Shown: positions 40,638 through 50,067, counted from the first letter of the stretch. The stretch is 50,067 nt of DNA from Fidelibacterota bacterium (GCA_043822705.1 JBDRBK010000136.1:1-50067); one strand, 5' to 3'. Notes: generated from the letters alone by a model not told the origin. Translations and numbers: made by a program.

Positions 40638-41426
40638 ATGAAATATCGACTGTATATTGATGAGGTCGGACATCATCGTGATTTCAAGGATGTAGGTGAT
40701 ATCGGTCAACGGTATTTAAGTTTGACCGGTGTGATCTTTGATTTGAAATATGTTGCTGAAGAAGTTTCACCGGCAATAGAAAGCTTTAAATCGGAGTTTT
40801 TCAGTTCGCATCCTGATGAACCTGTCATTTTGCATCGAAAGGAAATTGTAAATAAAAAACCACCCTTTCATATTCTTAGGGATGAGAAAGTAGAAGAAAA
40901 TTTCAACCAAAAAATATTATCATTATTTGAGAATCTGAATTATACGGTTATCACGGTGGTTCTGGATAAAAAACAGCACAAAGAACAGTATCTGGTTTGG
41001 CATTTCAATCCTTATCATTATTGCCTGCAAGTTATGATAGAACGCTTTGTGTATTTTCTCGAATCAATAGACAAGGTCGGTGACGTAATGTGTGAAAGCC
41101 GTGGGGGAAAGGAAGACAAACAATTGAAACAATCATTCCACCGATTATGGGAAACCGGCACAGATTATATCCCTGCTGAAAAGTTTCAAAAATATCTCAC
41201 GAGTTCGCAATTAAAGGTAAAACCAAAACAGAATAATATTGCCGGTTTACAAATTGCAGATTTACTGGCACATCCTAGTATGAAAAGGATTTTATTTCAG
41301 AAAAATTGTCTGGAAAAAGTGCGCGATACATTTGGCGAAAATATTGTCGATATTCTTGAAAAGGATAAATATTATCGAGGCGTCAATAATAGATTATGGG
41401 GATTTGGGAAAAAATGGTTACCCTGA
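40638..41426 (+). CDS. DUF3800-like protein (putative RNase H-fold nuclease)
   Basis: N-terminal LYIDExG, central ILH and ESRG, C-terminal GLQIADLLA; GGAGG RBS; strongly AT-rich. Confidence 0.85.
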   Translation: MKYRLYIDEVGHHRDFKDVGDIGQRYLSLTGVIFDLKYVAEEVSPAIESFKSEFFSSHPDEPVILHRKEIVNKKPPFHILRDEKVEENFNQKILSLFENLNYTVITVVLDKKQHKEQYLVWHFNPYHYCLQVMIERFVYFLESIDKVGDVMCESRGGKEDKQLKQSFHRLWETGTDYIPAEKFQKYLTSSQLKVKPKQNNIAGLQIADLLAHPSMKRILFQKNCLEKVRDTFGENIVDILEKDKYYRGVNNRLWGFGKKWLP

Positions 41427-41494
41427 AAAAAGAAAACCCCGATTGTAACACCGGGGTCGAAGGTTAAACCTTCCACCTCCAAATTAATTGGATT
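41426..41494 (-). ncRNA. Candidate ~70-nt small RNA convergent with the DUF3800 gene
   Basis: Three consecutive hairpins on the minus strand; the last has G-U pairs and is followed by UUCUUUUUU. A promoter-like sequence lies directly upstream. Confidence 0.65.
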
Positions 41495-41499
41495 GATGA

Positions 41500-41528
41500 A
41501 ATTTACAGGTAGAGAAATTTAACAACAA
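41500..41528 (-). promoter_or_regulatory. Candidate sigma70 promoter of the small RNA
   Basis: TTGTTG (41528-41523), 17-nt spacer, TAAATT (41505-41500). Confidence 0.6.
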
Positions 41529-41585
41529 ACAATAATGTATATTACACACTGGTCAATCCCGGATCAGCAGCCGAAAAATTATTAT

Positions 41586-41610
41586 AGGAGCGCCCATTCC
41601 GGGCGCTCCT
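41586..41610 (-). terminator. Terminator-like hairpin after the small frameshifted gene
   Basis: Perfect 10-bp stem AGGAGCGCCC / GGGCGCTCCT starting 8 nt after the TAG, followed by an A/U-rich tract. Confidence 0.7.
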
Positions 41611-41618
41611 CTTGATTG

Positions 41619-41934
41619 CTAGCGTTTGGCGGTGATGCCGAACTCGACCCAGCGTTCCTTGTCCATGATCAGTTTGACGATCGTGGCTGCTTCGCTCAGT
41701 TGTTTTTTGATCACGGCCAACTGACCATCCAGTTCGGCGGTCTTGGCTTTCAGGCCGGCTTTGAGGGCCTCCTGTTCGTTGTTCAGCGTTTCGGCGCCGA
41801 CCAGGGCGGTTTGCAGGCCCGGCGATGAATTCGGCGCTGATGCCCCGGGCCGCCACCGTCGCGGCATTGGCCTGCAGGCCCGCCGTCATTACCTTACCGT
41901 TGTTGATCACTTCGGCAAATGATTGTCTTCCCAT
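41619..41934 (-). pseudogene. Small coiled-coil hypothetical gene interrupted by a single-base insertion (104 aa if corrected)
   Basis: AAAGGA RBS and ATG at 41934 give MGRQSFAE...EFIAG. The frame shifts at CCC 41818-41820 into LQTALVG...ERWVEFGITAKR*. Confidence 0.75.
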
Positions 41935-42150
41935 TTTATATTCCTTTCCGTTTAACATTGTATTGATAGTCCATTCTCTCTCCGTGTTTGACCAGGGCAA
42001 GCGACGGACCGGCCGCCGAGCCCGGCACGAGAAAGTCTTGTGCCGCTGCCCTACCGGCAGTCAAAGCTGAATTATCTGATAAATCGGTCGGGTAGGTGTG
42101 CGAATCAGGCGTACCGCGGTCCGAATTAACTGGGGAACGGTATAAATGAG

Positions 42151-42240
42151 CTGTACCGGAGCCTGCCCCAGATGTACCGAAGGTTGCCCCAGATGTACCG
42201 AAGGTTGCCCCAGGTGTACCGGAGTTCGCCCCAGGTGTAC
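42151..42240. repeat. 21-bp tandem repeat array
   Basis: CTGTACCGGAGCCTGCCCCAG, ATGTACCGAAGGTTGCCCCAG x2, GTGTACCGGAGTTCGCCCCAG and a partial fifth unit; a degenerate in-register unit sits at 42109. Confidence 0.88.
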
Positions 42241-42490
42241 GGTGGCCGGTGCCGGCCGGATAGGTTGTGAAAACAGGTGTTTTATGTCTGAGATCGAGTA
42301 GGGGGATGTCCGCCCGGAACGTAACGCCCCGATCGCATACGATACCAATATATTCCCGGGTAAATGACGACATGGTATGCACCCTCGCAACCGAAATTCC
42401 GGCCTAATTTACTGTTCCCCAAGGCAAAATACATGAATAATCCGGGTCTGGTGACTGGAATGATGCCAGTCATCCCAATTAATACGGTAG

Positions 42491-42563
42491 ACATTCAACC
42501 GCTGCGCGGTTACTGCGATTTGGTCGGCGCTGTTTGCTATTCACATTAAATCCCTGTGGGATT
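42491..42563. repeat. Pair of related REP-like hairpins
   Basis: ACATTC-AACCGC-TGC-GCGGTT and ACATTA-AATCCC-TGT-GGGATT, starts 52 bp apart, same layout with compensatory stem changes. Confidence 0.6.
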
Positions 42564-42575
42564 GGAAGAAACAGA

Positions 42576-42635
42576 CTTGTCCGCCCTCTGGCGGGCTTGT
42601 CCGCCCTCTTGCGGGCTTGTCCGTCCTCTGGCGGA
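42576..42635. repeat. Three tandem 20-bp REP-like units
   Basis: CTTGTCCGCCCTCTGGCGGG x3 with minor variation; a 17/20 copy lies at 40301-40320. Confidence 0.85.
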
Positions 42636-42860
42636 CGCAGGCAGGCTCACATTTCTCACAGGCGAAGCAATCGCTCTCGCCAAGCGCATCAGCGCACCCA
42701 CGGCCGCAGGCAACTCACTCATTACTAATTACTGCTCACTTTTTAAAATGATCTGCCAAAATGTATTCCACCGGCCCAAACCGGTATCGCCGCGGCACAG
42801 AAGAATTATCATCGATGATTCGTTGCCCTGAATCGATTTATTCGGGTAAATTTGGACAAT

Positions 42861-44867
42861 ATGGCAGAGTTTAAAATCCACAGTGACTTCGAACCCCGCG
42901 GCGATCAGCCCCAGGCGATCCGGGAACTGGTCGAGAACCTGAACCAGGGGATCGAACACCAGACCCTGCTGGGCGTCACCGGCAGCGGCAAGACTTATAC
43001 CATGGCCAAGGTGATCGAGGCCGTCCGGCGCCCGACCCTGATTATTTCCCACAACAAGACCCTGGCGGCCCAGCTTTTCAGCGAATTCCGGCAGCTCTTC
43101 CCGGAAAACGCCGTCGAATATTTCATCAGTTACTACGATTATTATCAGCCCGAAGCCTACCTGCCGGTGACCGACACCTTTATCGAGAAGGATTCATCGA
43201 TCAACGATGAGATCGACCGCCTGCGCCTCAAGGCTACCAGCTCGCTGCTGCACCGGCGGGACGTGATCGTGGTCAGTTCCGTCTCCTGCATCTACGGGAT
43301 CGGTTCCCCCGGTGAATACAAGAAACAGGTGATCGGCATCAGTCGCGGCGAAACGCTGTCGCGGCGGACCTTGTTGTCGCGCCTGATCAATATTCATTAT
43401 CTGCGCAACGATCTAGTGCTGGAGCGCGGGAATTTCCGCGTCCGCGGTGACGTAATCGAAATCTTTCCTGCCTACGATGAAATCTGCGTCCGCATCGAAA
43501 TGTTCGGCGCGACGGTGGAATCCATCTGCCGCTTCGATCCCCTCACCGGCGAAATCGCCGGCGAGCTCGACCACGTCGATATTTACCCGGCCAAGCATTT
43601 CGTCACCGAAAAAGCGGTGATCGAGCAGGTCATCCCGGAGATACGCAATGACCTTGAAACCCGCCTGGAGGAACTGCGCGGCGCCAACAAACTGCTGGAA
43701 GCCCAGCGCCTGGAGCAGCGCACCAATTTCGACATCGAAATGCTGCGCGAGGTGGGCTACTGTTCCGGGATCGAGAATTATTCGCGCTATTTTTCCAACC
43801 GCGTCGCCGGCGAGCGGCCCTGGACCCTGATCGATTTTTTCCCGGATGATTTCATGACCATCATAGATGAATCGCACGTGACGATTCCCCAGATACAGGC
43901 CATGTACAACGGCGACCGGGCCCGCAAGGAAGTGCTGGTGGAGTACGGCTTCCGGCTGCCCAGCGCCCTCGACAACCGGCCGCTGCGTTTCCCGGAATTC
44001 ATGGCCCTGCAGAAGCAACTGCTGTACGCCTCGGCCACGCCGGCGGAACGGGAACTGGAACTCTGCCAGGGGGTGGTGGTGGAGCAGTTGATCCGGCCCA
44101 CGGGCCTGCTGGACCCGCAGGTGGAGGTGCATCAGACCGAAGGGCAGATCGACGACCTGATCGGCGAAATCAATCTGCGCACCGCCCGTAATGAACGGGT
44201 GCTGGTGACGACCCTGACCAAACGGATGTCGGAAAATCTCAGCGAATACTTGCGCGGGATCAACCTGCGGGTGCGCTACCTGCATTCGGAGATCGACACC
44301 CTGGAACGGGTGAAAATCCTGCGCGACCTGCGCCTGGCCGAATTCGATGTGCTGGTGGGGATCAACCTGCTGCGGGAAGGACTGGACCTGCCGGAAGTAT
44401 CGCTGGTGGCCGTCCTCGATGCCGACAAGCAGGGTTTTCTGCGCTCGAAGAGTTCGCTGATGCAGGTGGCCGGCCGGGCCGCCCGCCATGCCAACGGTAA
44501 AGTGATTCTGTACGGCGACCGTGTGACCGATGCGATGCAGCACCTGATCGACGAATCCAACCGGCGGCGGAAACTGCAGGAGAATTACAACCGGCAGCAT
44601 GGCATCACACCCACCACGATCTACAAATCAATGGACGAGATCAGGTTTTCCACTTCGGTGGCCGATTCCCTGCGCGAGAAGGTGGAAAAGCCGCGTTACG
44701 ACCGCCGTGGAATAGATTTCGATATTCAGGACAAGACTATGGTGCTGGACCTGATGCGGCGCGAGATGCAGCAGGCGGCGGAAAAACTGCAATTCGAGCA
44801 GGCCGCCCGGTTGCGCGATGAAATTCAAAAGCTGGAAAAAGAACTGGCGGGAGGAGTAAACGCTTGA
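42861..44867 (+). CDS. uvrB: Excinuclease ABC subunit B
   Basis: [29 protein letters not shown] and LLREGLD motifs; C-terminal UVR domain. Confidence 0.99.
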   Translation: MAEFKIHSDFEPRGDQPQAIRELVENLNQGIEHQTLLGVTGSGKTYTMAKVIEAVRRPTLIISHNKTLAAQLFSEFRQLFPENAVEYFISYYDYYQPEAYLPVTDTFIEKDSSINDEIDRLRLKATSSLLHRRDVIVVSSVSCIYGIGSPGEYKKQVIGISRGETLSRRTLLSRLINIHYLRNDLVLERGNFRVRGDVIEIFPAYDEICVRIEMFGATVESICRFDPLTGEIAGELDHVDIYPAKHFVTEKAVIEQVIPEIRNDLETRLEELRGANKLLEAQRLEQRTNFDIEMLREVGYCSGIENYSRYFSNRVAGERPWTLIDFFPDDFMTIIDESHVTIPQIQAMYNGDRARKEVLVEYGFRLPSALDNRPLRFPEFMALQKQLLYASATPAERELELCQGVVVEQLIRPTGLLDPQVEVHQTEGQIDDLIGEINLRTARNERVLVTTLTKRMSENLSEYLRGINLRVRYLHSEIDTLERVKILRDLRLAEFDVLVGINLLREGLDLPEVSLVAVLDADKQGFLRSKSSLMQVAGRAARHANGKVILYGDRVTDAMQHLIDESNRRRKLQENYNRQHGITPTTIYKSMDEIRFSTSVADSLREKVEKPRYDRRGIDFDIQDKTMVLDLMRREMQQAAEKLQFEQAARLRDEIQKLEKELAGGVNA

Positions 44868-45826
44868 GAGTACTGGTTACCGGCGGATCAGGTTATATCG
44901 GCTCCCATGTCGTGAAAGAATTGTTCGATAGCGGCCATCAGGTGGTGATCCTCGACGACATGTCGCTGGGGGTGGCCGAGAATATCGATGACCGGGCGGA
45001 TTTCATCCGCGGCAGTATCCTGAACCGGTCCGATTTGGATCAGGCCCTGGCCGGCGGGGTGGAGGCGATTTTCCATTTTGCCGCCTTCAAGGCCGCCGGT
45101 GAATCGATGCTGAACCCGGCCAAATACGCCACCACCAACCTGGGGGGAACGATCAGCCTGCTGAACGCCGCCCTCGATCACGGCGTGCCCAATTTCATCT
45201 TTTCCTCATCGGCGGCGATTTACGGTTTCCCGGAATACCTGCCGGTGGATGAATCGCACCCGCTGCGGCCGGCCAATTTTTACGGGTATACCAAACTGGA
45301 AATCGAACGACTGCTGGAATGGTACGGGCAATTGCAGGGCCTGCGGTTTGCGGCCCTGCGCTATTTCAATGCCGCCGGGTATGACGTTCAGGGCCGCATC
45401 CACGGCCGCGAGCGGAACCCCGCCAACCTGCTGCCGCTGGTGCTGGAAGTCGCCGCCGGAATCCGCCCCCGGCTCCAGGTATTCGGAGACGATTACGCCA
45501 CCCGCGACGGCACCGGCGTGCGCGATTACATTCATGTCAATGACTTGGCCGGCGCCCACCTCTTGGCGCTGGATTACCTGCATACTCATCCCGATAATCT
45601 GGTCTTGAACCTGGCCACCGGCGTCGGTTATTCGGTGCTGGAAGTGATTGCTATGGCCCGGCAGGTCAGCGGCCGGCCGATCGAATATGAAATCGTCGGT
45701 CGCCGCCCCGGAGATCCCGCCGAACTGTATGCCGTGTCGCCGATTGCCGCCGAAAAACTGGGCTGGCAGCCATGCTATTCGGACCTGGAAACGCTGTTGC
45801 GGTCAATGTGGGAAATCTATAAATAG
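44864..45826 (+). CDS. galE: UDP-glucose 4-epimerase
   Basis: [20 protein letters not shown] and [11 protein letters not shown] motifs; TTG start. Confidence 0.96.
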   Translation: MRVLVTGGSGYIGSHVVKELFDSGHQVVILDDMSLGVAENIDDRADFIRGSILNRSDLDQALAGGVEAIFHFAAFKAAGESMLNPAKYATTNLGGTISLLNAALDHGVPNFIFSSSAAIYGFPEYLPVDESHPLRPANFYGYTKLEIERLLEWYGQLQGLRFAALRYFNAAGYDVQGRIHGRERNPANLLPLVLEVAAGIRPRLQVFGDDYATRDGTGVRDYIHVNDLAGAHLLALDYLHTHPDNLVLNLATGVGYSVLEVIAMARQVSGRPIEYEIVGRRPGDPAELYAVSPIAAEKLGWQPCYSDLETLLRSMWEIYK

Positions 45827-45854
45827 GTTCGGGGACAAAGCGAGGTAGCGAGTC

Positions 45855-47060
45855 ATGATAAATATCGAGCGCATCCAACAGACCAGTGGAATCATCGGCA
45901 ATTCCGGCGCCGTCCGCCAGGTGATCGAAATGATCGCCCAGGTGGCGGAGGTGGATATTTCGGTCATGATCACCGGCGAATCGGGTACCGGCAAGGAAAT
46001 GGTGGCCAAGGCGATCCATAAATTCAGCAAACGCGGCAACGCGGCGCTGGTGACGGTCAACTGCGGGGCGATCCCGTCGGGGATCATCGAAAGCGAGCTG
46101 TTCGGCCACAAGAAAGGCGCCTATACCGGCGCTTCCGAGGACCGCCGGGGCTATTTCGAATACGCCCACAAGGGGACGATCTTCCTGGATGAAATCGGTG
46201 AAACACCCCTGGCCACCCAAGTGAAACTGCTGCGGGTCCTGGAGAGCGGTGAATTCATGCGCGTCGGCGATTCCAAGATGCTCTATTCCGACGTGCGCGT
46301 GATCGCCGCCACCAACCGCGACCTGGAGGGCGCCGCCCGCAAGGGCGAATTCCGCGAGGATTTGTACTACCGTCTGAAAACGGTGACGATTAATGTGCCG
46401 TCGCTGCGCCACCGGATCGAAGACCTGTCGCTGCTGGTGGAGCGTTTCGCCCTGGAATTCACCCGCGGCAACGACATCCCCTACCGCGGTTTCATGCCGG
46501 AGGCGACCCGGCTGATGAAGCAGTACGACTGGCCCGGCAACGTCCGCGAACTGAAAAATTTCGTCGAGAGTATCCTGGTGCTGGAAAAAGGGGAGCGGAT
46601 TTCCGCCGACATGGTCGCCCGCCAGTTACGCCCGGGGCAGCCGCAGCGCAATCCGATGTTGCCGATGGTGATCGACCGTTCTCCGGAACAGGCCGAGCGC
46701 GAGCTGATGCTGCGGCAACTGTTCCTGATGCGCCAGGATTTGCAGGATATCAAGGAATTCCTAGGCGCCAAGAGCGGCTTCCATTCGGCCCGGGAAGTGC
46801 CGGTACTGCCGCATGACAGCCGCGAAATTCCCCTGAACCAGTATCACGCGACCGATGAAGAACCGCAGATGATCCGCGGCGAGGCGATCGGCGACATGGC
46901 CCTGGAGGATTTGGAAAAGGAAGCGATTACGCGCACCCTGCAGCATTTTAACAACAACCGCCGGGCCGCCGCCAAATCACTGGGCATGAGCGAGCGGACG
47001 CTCTACCGTAAGATCACCCAGTACGGACTGGATCGCAAGATCAAGGGTTATAAGTCATGA
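45855..47060 (+). CDS. Sigma54-interacting AAA+ regulator lacking an N-terminal sensory domain
   Basis: GESGTGKE, ESELFGH, GAYTGA, FLDEIGE and WPGNVREL motifs; C-terminal HTH. Confidence 0.95.
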   Translation: MINIERIQQTSGIIGNSGAVRQVIEMIAQVAEVDISVMITGESGTGKEMVAKAIHKFSKRGNAALVTVNCGAIPSGIIESELFGHKKGAYTGASEDRRGYFEYAHKGTIFLDEIGETPLATQVKLLRVLESGEFMRVGDSKMLYSDVRVIAATNRDLEGAARKGEFREDLYYRLKTVTINVPSLRHRIEDLSLLVERFALEFTRGNDIPYRGFMPEATRLMKQYDWPGNVRELKNFVESILVLEKGERISADMVARQLRPGQPQRNPMLPMVIDRSPEQAERELMLRQLFLMRQDLQDIKEFLGAKSGFHSAREVPVLPHDSREIPLNQYHATDEEPQMIRGEAIGDMALEDLEKEAITRTLQHFNNNRRAAAKSLGMSERTLYRKITQYGLDRKIKGYKS

Positions 47061-47611
47061 AAAAAATATTGGTATCAGCGGCGGCATTGCTGGTCCTGGC
47101 CGGGTGCGGTTATTATTCCCTGGCCGGTTCGATACCGCCCCACATCAGGAACATCGCCATCCCGCTGGTGGAAAATCAGACCGCCGAATTCGGCATGGCC
47201 GAGGCGGTGACCGACAACTTGCAGACCAGTTTCACACGCGAGAATATTCTGCGTCTGGTGGACGAGGACCAGTCCGACTCGGTCCTGCGCGGTACGATCA
47301 CGCGCGTCGAAGACAAGGCCCAGACCTTCACCGGCACCGAAGTGGTGACCGAGTACCGTTTCACCGTGACTATGAAAGTGGTTTGGTACGACGTAAAAAT
47401 GGATAAGGCGCTGCTGGATAAAACCTATTCCGGCTGGGGCGCTTACGGCCTCAGCGGCGACATCGCCAACGACGGCATCGACAATGACGGCGACGGGCTG
47501 GTGGACGGCGACGACGACGATGAATTCGGCGAGCCGCGGACTTATGCCACCCGAATCGCCGTCGATAAAATCGCCGAGCAGGTGCTCAACGATATTATGA
47601 CTACTTGGTAA
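47057..47611 (+). CDS. lptE: LPS assembly lipoprotein LptE family
   Basis: Lipobox LAGC-GYYS, IAIP..EN.T and LRGTI motifs, C-terminal W; overlaps the EBP stop as in FCB genomes. Confidence 0.8.
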   Translation: MKKILVSAAALLVLAGCGYYSLAGSIPPHIRNIAIPLVENQTAEFGMAEAVTDNLQTSFTRENILRLVDEDQSDSVLRGTITRVEDKAQTFTGTEVVTEYRFTVTMKVVWYDVKMDKALLDKTYSGWGAYGLSGDIANDGIDNDGDGLVDGDDDDEFGEPRTYATRIAVDKIAEQVLNDIMTTW

Positions 47612-47660
47612 AATTAGGGTTAATATTGGCAGCCAATTTTTAAACGGAGACGATTGATTA

Positions 47661-48953
47661 ATGAAGCATATTTATATTTCCGACATAGCGGAATACGACG
47701 GGCAGGAAGTGACTCTGCACGGCTGGGTCTACAACATCCGGTCAATCGGCAAGGTCTGGTTCATGATTTTCCGCGATGGTACCGGAATGATCCAGTGCGT
47801 GGTGGTAAAATCGGAGGTCAGTCCCGAGATTTTCGGCCTGGAAGGCACGCTGACCCAGGAATCGTCGGTGTCGGTGGTGGGGACGGTGCGTAAGGATGAC
47901 CGTTCCATCGGTGGTTATGAGCTGGGCGTTAAAGTGATCGAAGTGCACCAGGTCGCCGACGAATATCCGATCACCCCCAAGGAGCACGGCACCGCCTTTC
48001 TGATGGACCACCGCCACCTGTGGCTGCGTTCCAAACGGCAGCACGCCATCATCCGGATTCGCCACCAGGTCATCAAGGCCGCCCGCGATTTCTTCGATAA
48101 CCACGGCTTTACCCTGGTGGATACGCCGATTTTTACCGCCAATGCCTGCGAGGGCACTTCGAACCTGTTCAACGTGCAGTATTTCGACACCACCGCCTAC
48201 CTGACCCAGAGCGGTCAGCTCTACAGCGAAGCATCGATCGGCGCCCACGGCAAGGTTTACACTTTCGGACCGACCTTCCGGGCCGAGAAGTCCAAGACCC
48301 GCCGCCACCTGACCGAATTCTGGATGGTGGAGCCGGAAATGGCCTACTGCGACCTCGATGAAAACATGGAATGGGCGGAGCAGTTCATCTCCTATATCGT
48401 CCGCTGGTGTCTGGATCATTGCCGCAGCGAGCTGGAAATCCTGGAGCGGGACACGTCACGTCTGGAAAAAGTCGTGCCGCCATTCCCGCGGATCAGCTAC
48501 GACGAGGCGGTGGAAATTCTGAAGCGGAACGGCACGGATTTCCAATATGGCAGCGATTTCGGTGCCGGCGACGAGACGATCCTGTCGGACCAGTTCGATC
48601 GTCCGGTGATGGTCCATCGCTGGCCGGCCGATACCAAAGCTTTTTACATGAAGCGCGATCCCCATAACGCCACGCTGGCTCTGGGCGTCGATGTGCTGGC
48701 GCCGGAGGGTTACGGTGAAATTATCGGCGGCGGGCAGCGCGAGGATGATTACGAAGAGTTGGTGAACCGGATCCGGCATCACGATTTGCCGATGAAACCA
48801 TTTCAGTGGTATCTGGACCTGCGCCGCTACGGTTCCGTACCACACTCCGGTTTCGGTATGGGGATCGAGCGCTGCGTTGCCTGGATCACCGGCAGCCAGC
48901 ATATCCGGGAGACGATTCCGTTCCCGCGGACCATGTCGCGTCTGGAACCGTAA
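47661..48953 (+). CDS. asnS: Asparagine--tRNA ligase
   Basis: [35 protein letters not shown] and PHSGFGMG motifs. Confidence 0.96.
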   Translation: MKHIYISDIAEYDGQEVTLHGWVYNIRSIGKVWFMIFRDGTGMIQCVVVKSEVSPEIFGLEGTLTQESSVSVVGTVRKDDRSIGGYELGVKVIEVHQVADEYPITPKEHGTAFLMDHRHLWLRSKRQHAIIRIRHQVIKAARDFFDNHGFTLVDTPIFTANACEGTSNLFNVQYFDTTAYLTQSGQLYSEASIGAHGKVYTFGPTFRAEKSKTRRHLTEFWMVEPEMAYCDLDENMEWAEQFISYIVRWCLDHCRSELEILERDTSRLEKVVPPFPRISYDEAVEILKRNGTDFQYGSDFGAGDETILSDQFDRPVMVHRWPADTKAFYMKRDPHNATLALGVDVLAPEGYGEIIGGGQREDDYEELVNRIRHHDLPMKPFQWYLDLRRYGSVPHSGFGMGIERCVAWITGSQHIRETIPFPRTMSRLEP

Positions 48954-49405
48954 TGCAACGACCGGCGCGCATCGCCGTGTTCGGCGGCCGCGAGATACCG
49001 CCGCAAATTTATGACGACGCCCGGGAAATCGGGCGGCTGCTGGCGGCGGAAGGCTGGCTGGTGTATTGCGGCGGCGGCGATGGCGTGATGGAGGCGATCT
49101 GCCGCGGCGTCAGCGAAGGCGGCGGCACGACGGTAGGTATCCTGAAAGGACGTGATTTGAGCGAAGCCAATCCCTGGGTGACGATTCCGGTGGCGACCGC
49201 CATGGGCATCAGCCGCAACGCCCTGCTGGCTTACAATGGCGACGTGGCGCTGGCCATCGACGGCAAATACGGCACATTATCGGAAATCGCCTATGCCGCC
49301 CAATTGCAGATTCCGGTGATCGGCTACCATACCTGGGACCTGCCGATGGTGTTGCCGGCGACTACCCCGGCGGAAGTGATTCAAAAAATCAGGGAGAACT
49401 TGTGA
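48953..49405 (+). CDS. LOG family protein (TIGR00725-like)
   Basis: CGGGDGVMEA, SRN and GKYGTLSEI motifs; TAATG overlap with asnS. Confidence 0.9.
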   Translation: MQRPARIAVFGGREIPPQIYDDAREIGRLLAAEGWLVYCGGGDGVMEAICRGVSEGGGTTVGILKGRDLSEANPWVTIPVATAMGISRNALLAYNGDVALAIDGKYGTLSEIAYAAQLQIPVIGYHTWDLPMVLPATTPAEVIQKIRENL

Positions 49406-49704
49406 TGGACTGGGAATTACCGAAAACCGATAACACCGGTGCTACGATTAAAATCACCGGCCGGGTTCAGAAAGTGGGTTTCCGCTGGTTCGCCGTGCAG
49501 TGGGCCCAGGACATGGAACTGGGTGGCTTCGTGCGCAACCTGCATGACGGTTCGGTCTTCGTGGAAGTTGAGGGCAAGCGCAACCGGATCGAGTCATTTA
49601 TCAAGGAACTGAAACAGGGTCCCAAGGGATCGCAGGTGGACAAGGTAACCGTCACCTGGAAAGATTTTGAGCATAAATTCCGGGACTTTGAAATCCGGTA
49701 TTAA
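49405..49704 (+). CDS. acyP: Acylphosphatase
   Basis: GRVQKVGFR and GFVRNLHDGSV motifs. Confidence 0.93.
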   Translation: MDWELPKTDNTGATIKITGRVQKVGFRWFAVQWAQDMELGGFVRNLHDGSVFVEVEGKRNRIESFIKELKQGPKGSQVDKVTVTWKDFEHKFRDFEIRY

Positions 49705-49731
49705 CTTATTTGCCACCGTGGAAGTATACCG

Positions 49732-50067
49732 ATGACAGTGGAAGCACCAGCCGGCCCGATCCGGATTGCCCTCTGTCAGGTCAATCCCACCGTCGGTGCA
49801 CTATCCGCCAACCTGGAACTGCTGCTGACCTGGTATCGCCGGGCACTGGCGGCCGGCGCCCAACTGGTGGTTTTCCCTGAGCTGGTGATCACCGGGTATC
49901 CGCCTTCCGACCTGTTGTATGAAGGCGGCTTCGTGGTCGCCAACCAGAAAATTCTGCAAACCCTGGCCCGGCAAGTGACCACGCCGGCAATTGTCGGTTA
50001 TGTCCGCGCCGACGGGGAGAAACTGTTCAACAGCGCCGCCCTGCTGCGGGATGGGAAAATCATCGGC
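49732..50067 (+). CDS. nadE: Glutamine-dependent NAD+ synthetase, N-terminal part (truncated by the window edge)
   Basis: Translates RIALCQVNPTVG...VVFPELVITGYPPSDLL...LFNSAA; open to the window end. Confidence 0.88.
   Translation, partial: MTVEAPAGPIRIALCQVNPTVGALSANLELLLTWYRRALAAGAQLVVFPELVITGYPPSDLLYEGGFVVANQKILQTLARQVTTPAIVGYVRADGEKLFNSAALLRDGKIIG

Noticed and set aside
41433..41458. Ordinary plus-strand terminator of the DUF3800 gene
   Set aside because: No U-run follows on the plus strand; the extra G-U pairs and the U-tail occur only on the minus strand.
45855..47060. Sensor-less sigma54 activator as a novelty
   Set aside because: The EBP-lptE arrangement is a familiar conserved block in FCB genomes.

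Overview
GC-rich bacterial chromosomal segment. Two secreted proteins with C-terminal 'YPNPFN...K' sorting tails and the lptE/sigma54-EBP gene order suggest an FCB-group lineage such as Marinimicrobia/KSB1 (inference). Most of the window is housekeeping or metabolic: lspA, an amidohydrolase pair, SDR, hutG, a hydroxyproline locus (glycyl-radical HypD, its activase and a Cys/Thr proline-racemase-family dehydratase), ispG, comM, pcm, M1 aminopeptidase, dut, CIRCE-groES-groEL, crp/fnr, meaB, tatC, waaA, ftsY, rimO, uvrB, galE, lptE, asnS, acyP and a partial nadE. Two accessory intervals (1-1210 and 40214-42860) are rich in REP-like palindromes and 21/22-bp tandem arrays and share a 54-bp element. 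The best candidate for an undescribed system is an AT-rich DUF3800-like gene (40638-41426). It is followed by a convergent ~70-nt three-hairpin small RNA with its own predicted sigma70 promoter and terminator, and 14 nt of that RNA's 5' hairpin recur exactly in the gene's 5' leader. Also notable: the AT-rich hutG gene is bracketed by exact 15-bp direct repeats. No rRNA, tRNA, CRISPR array, transposase or integrase was recognised. All family assignments come from motifs read by eye, without database searches.
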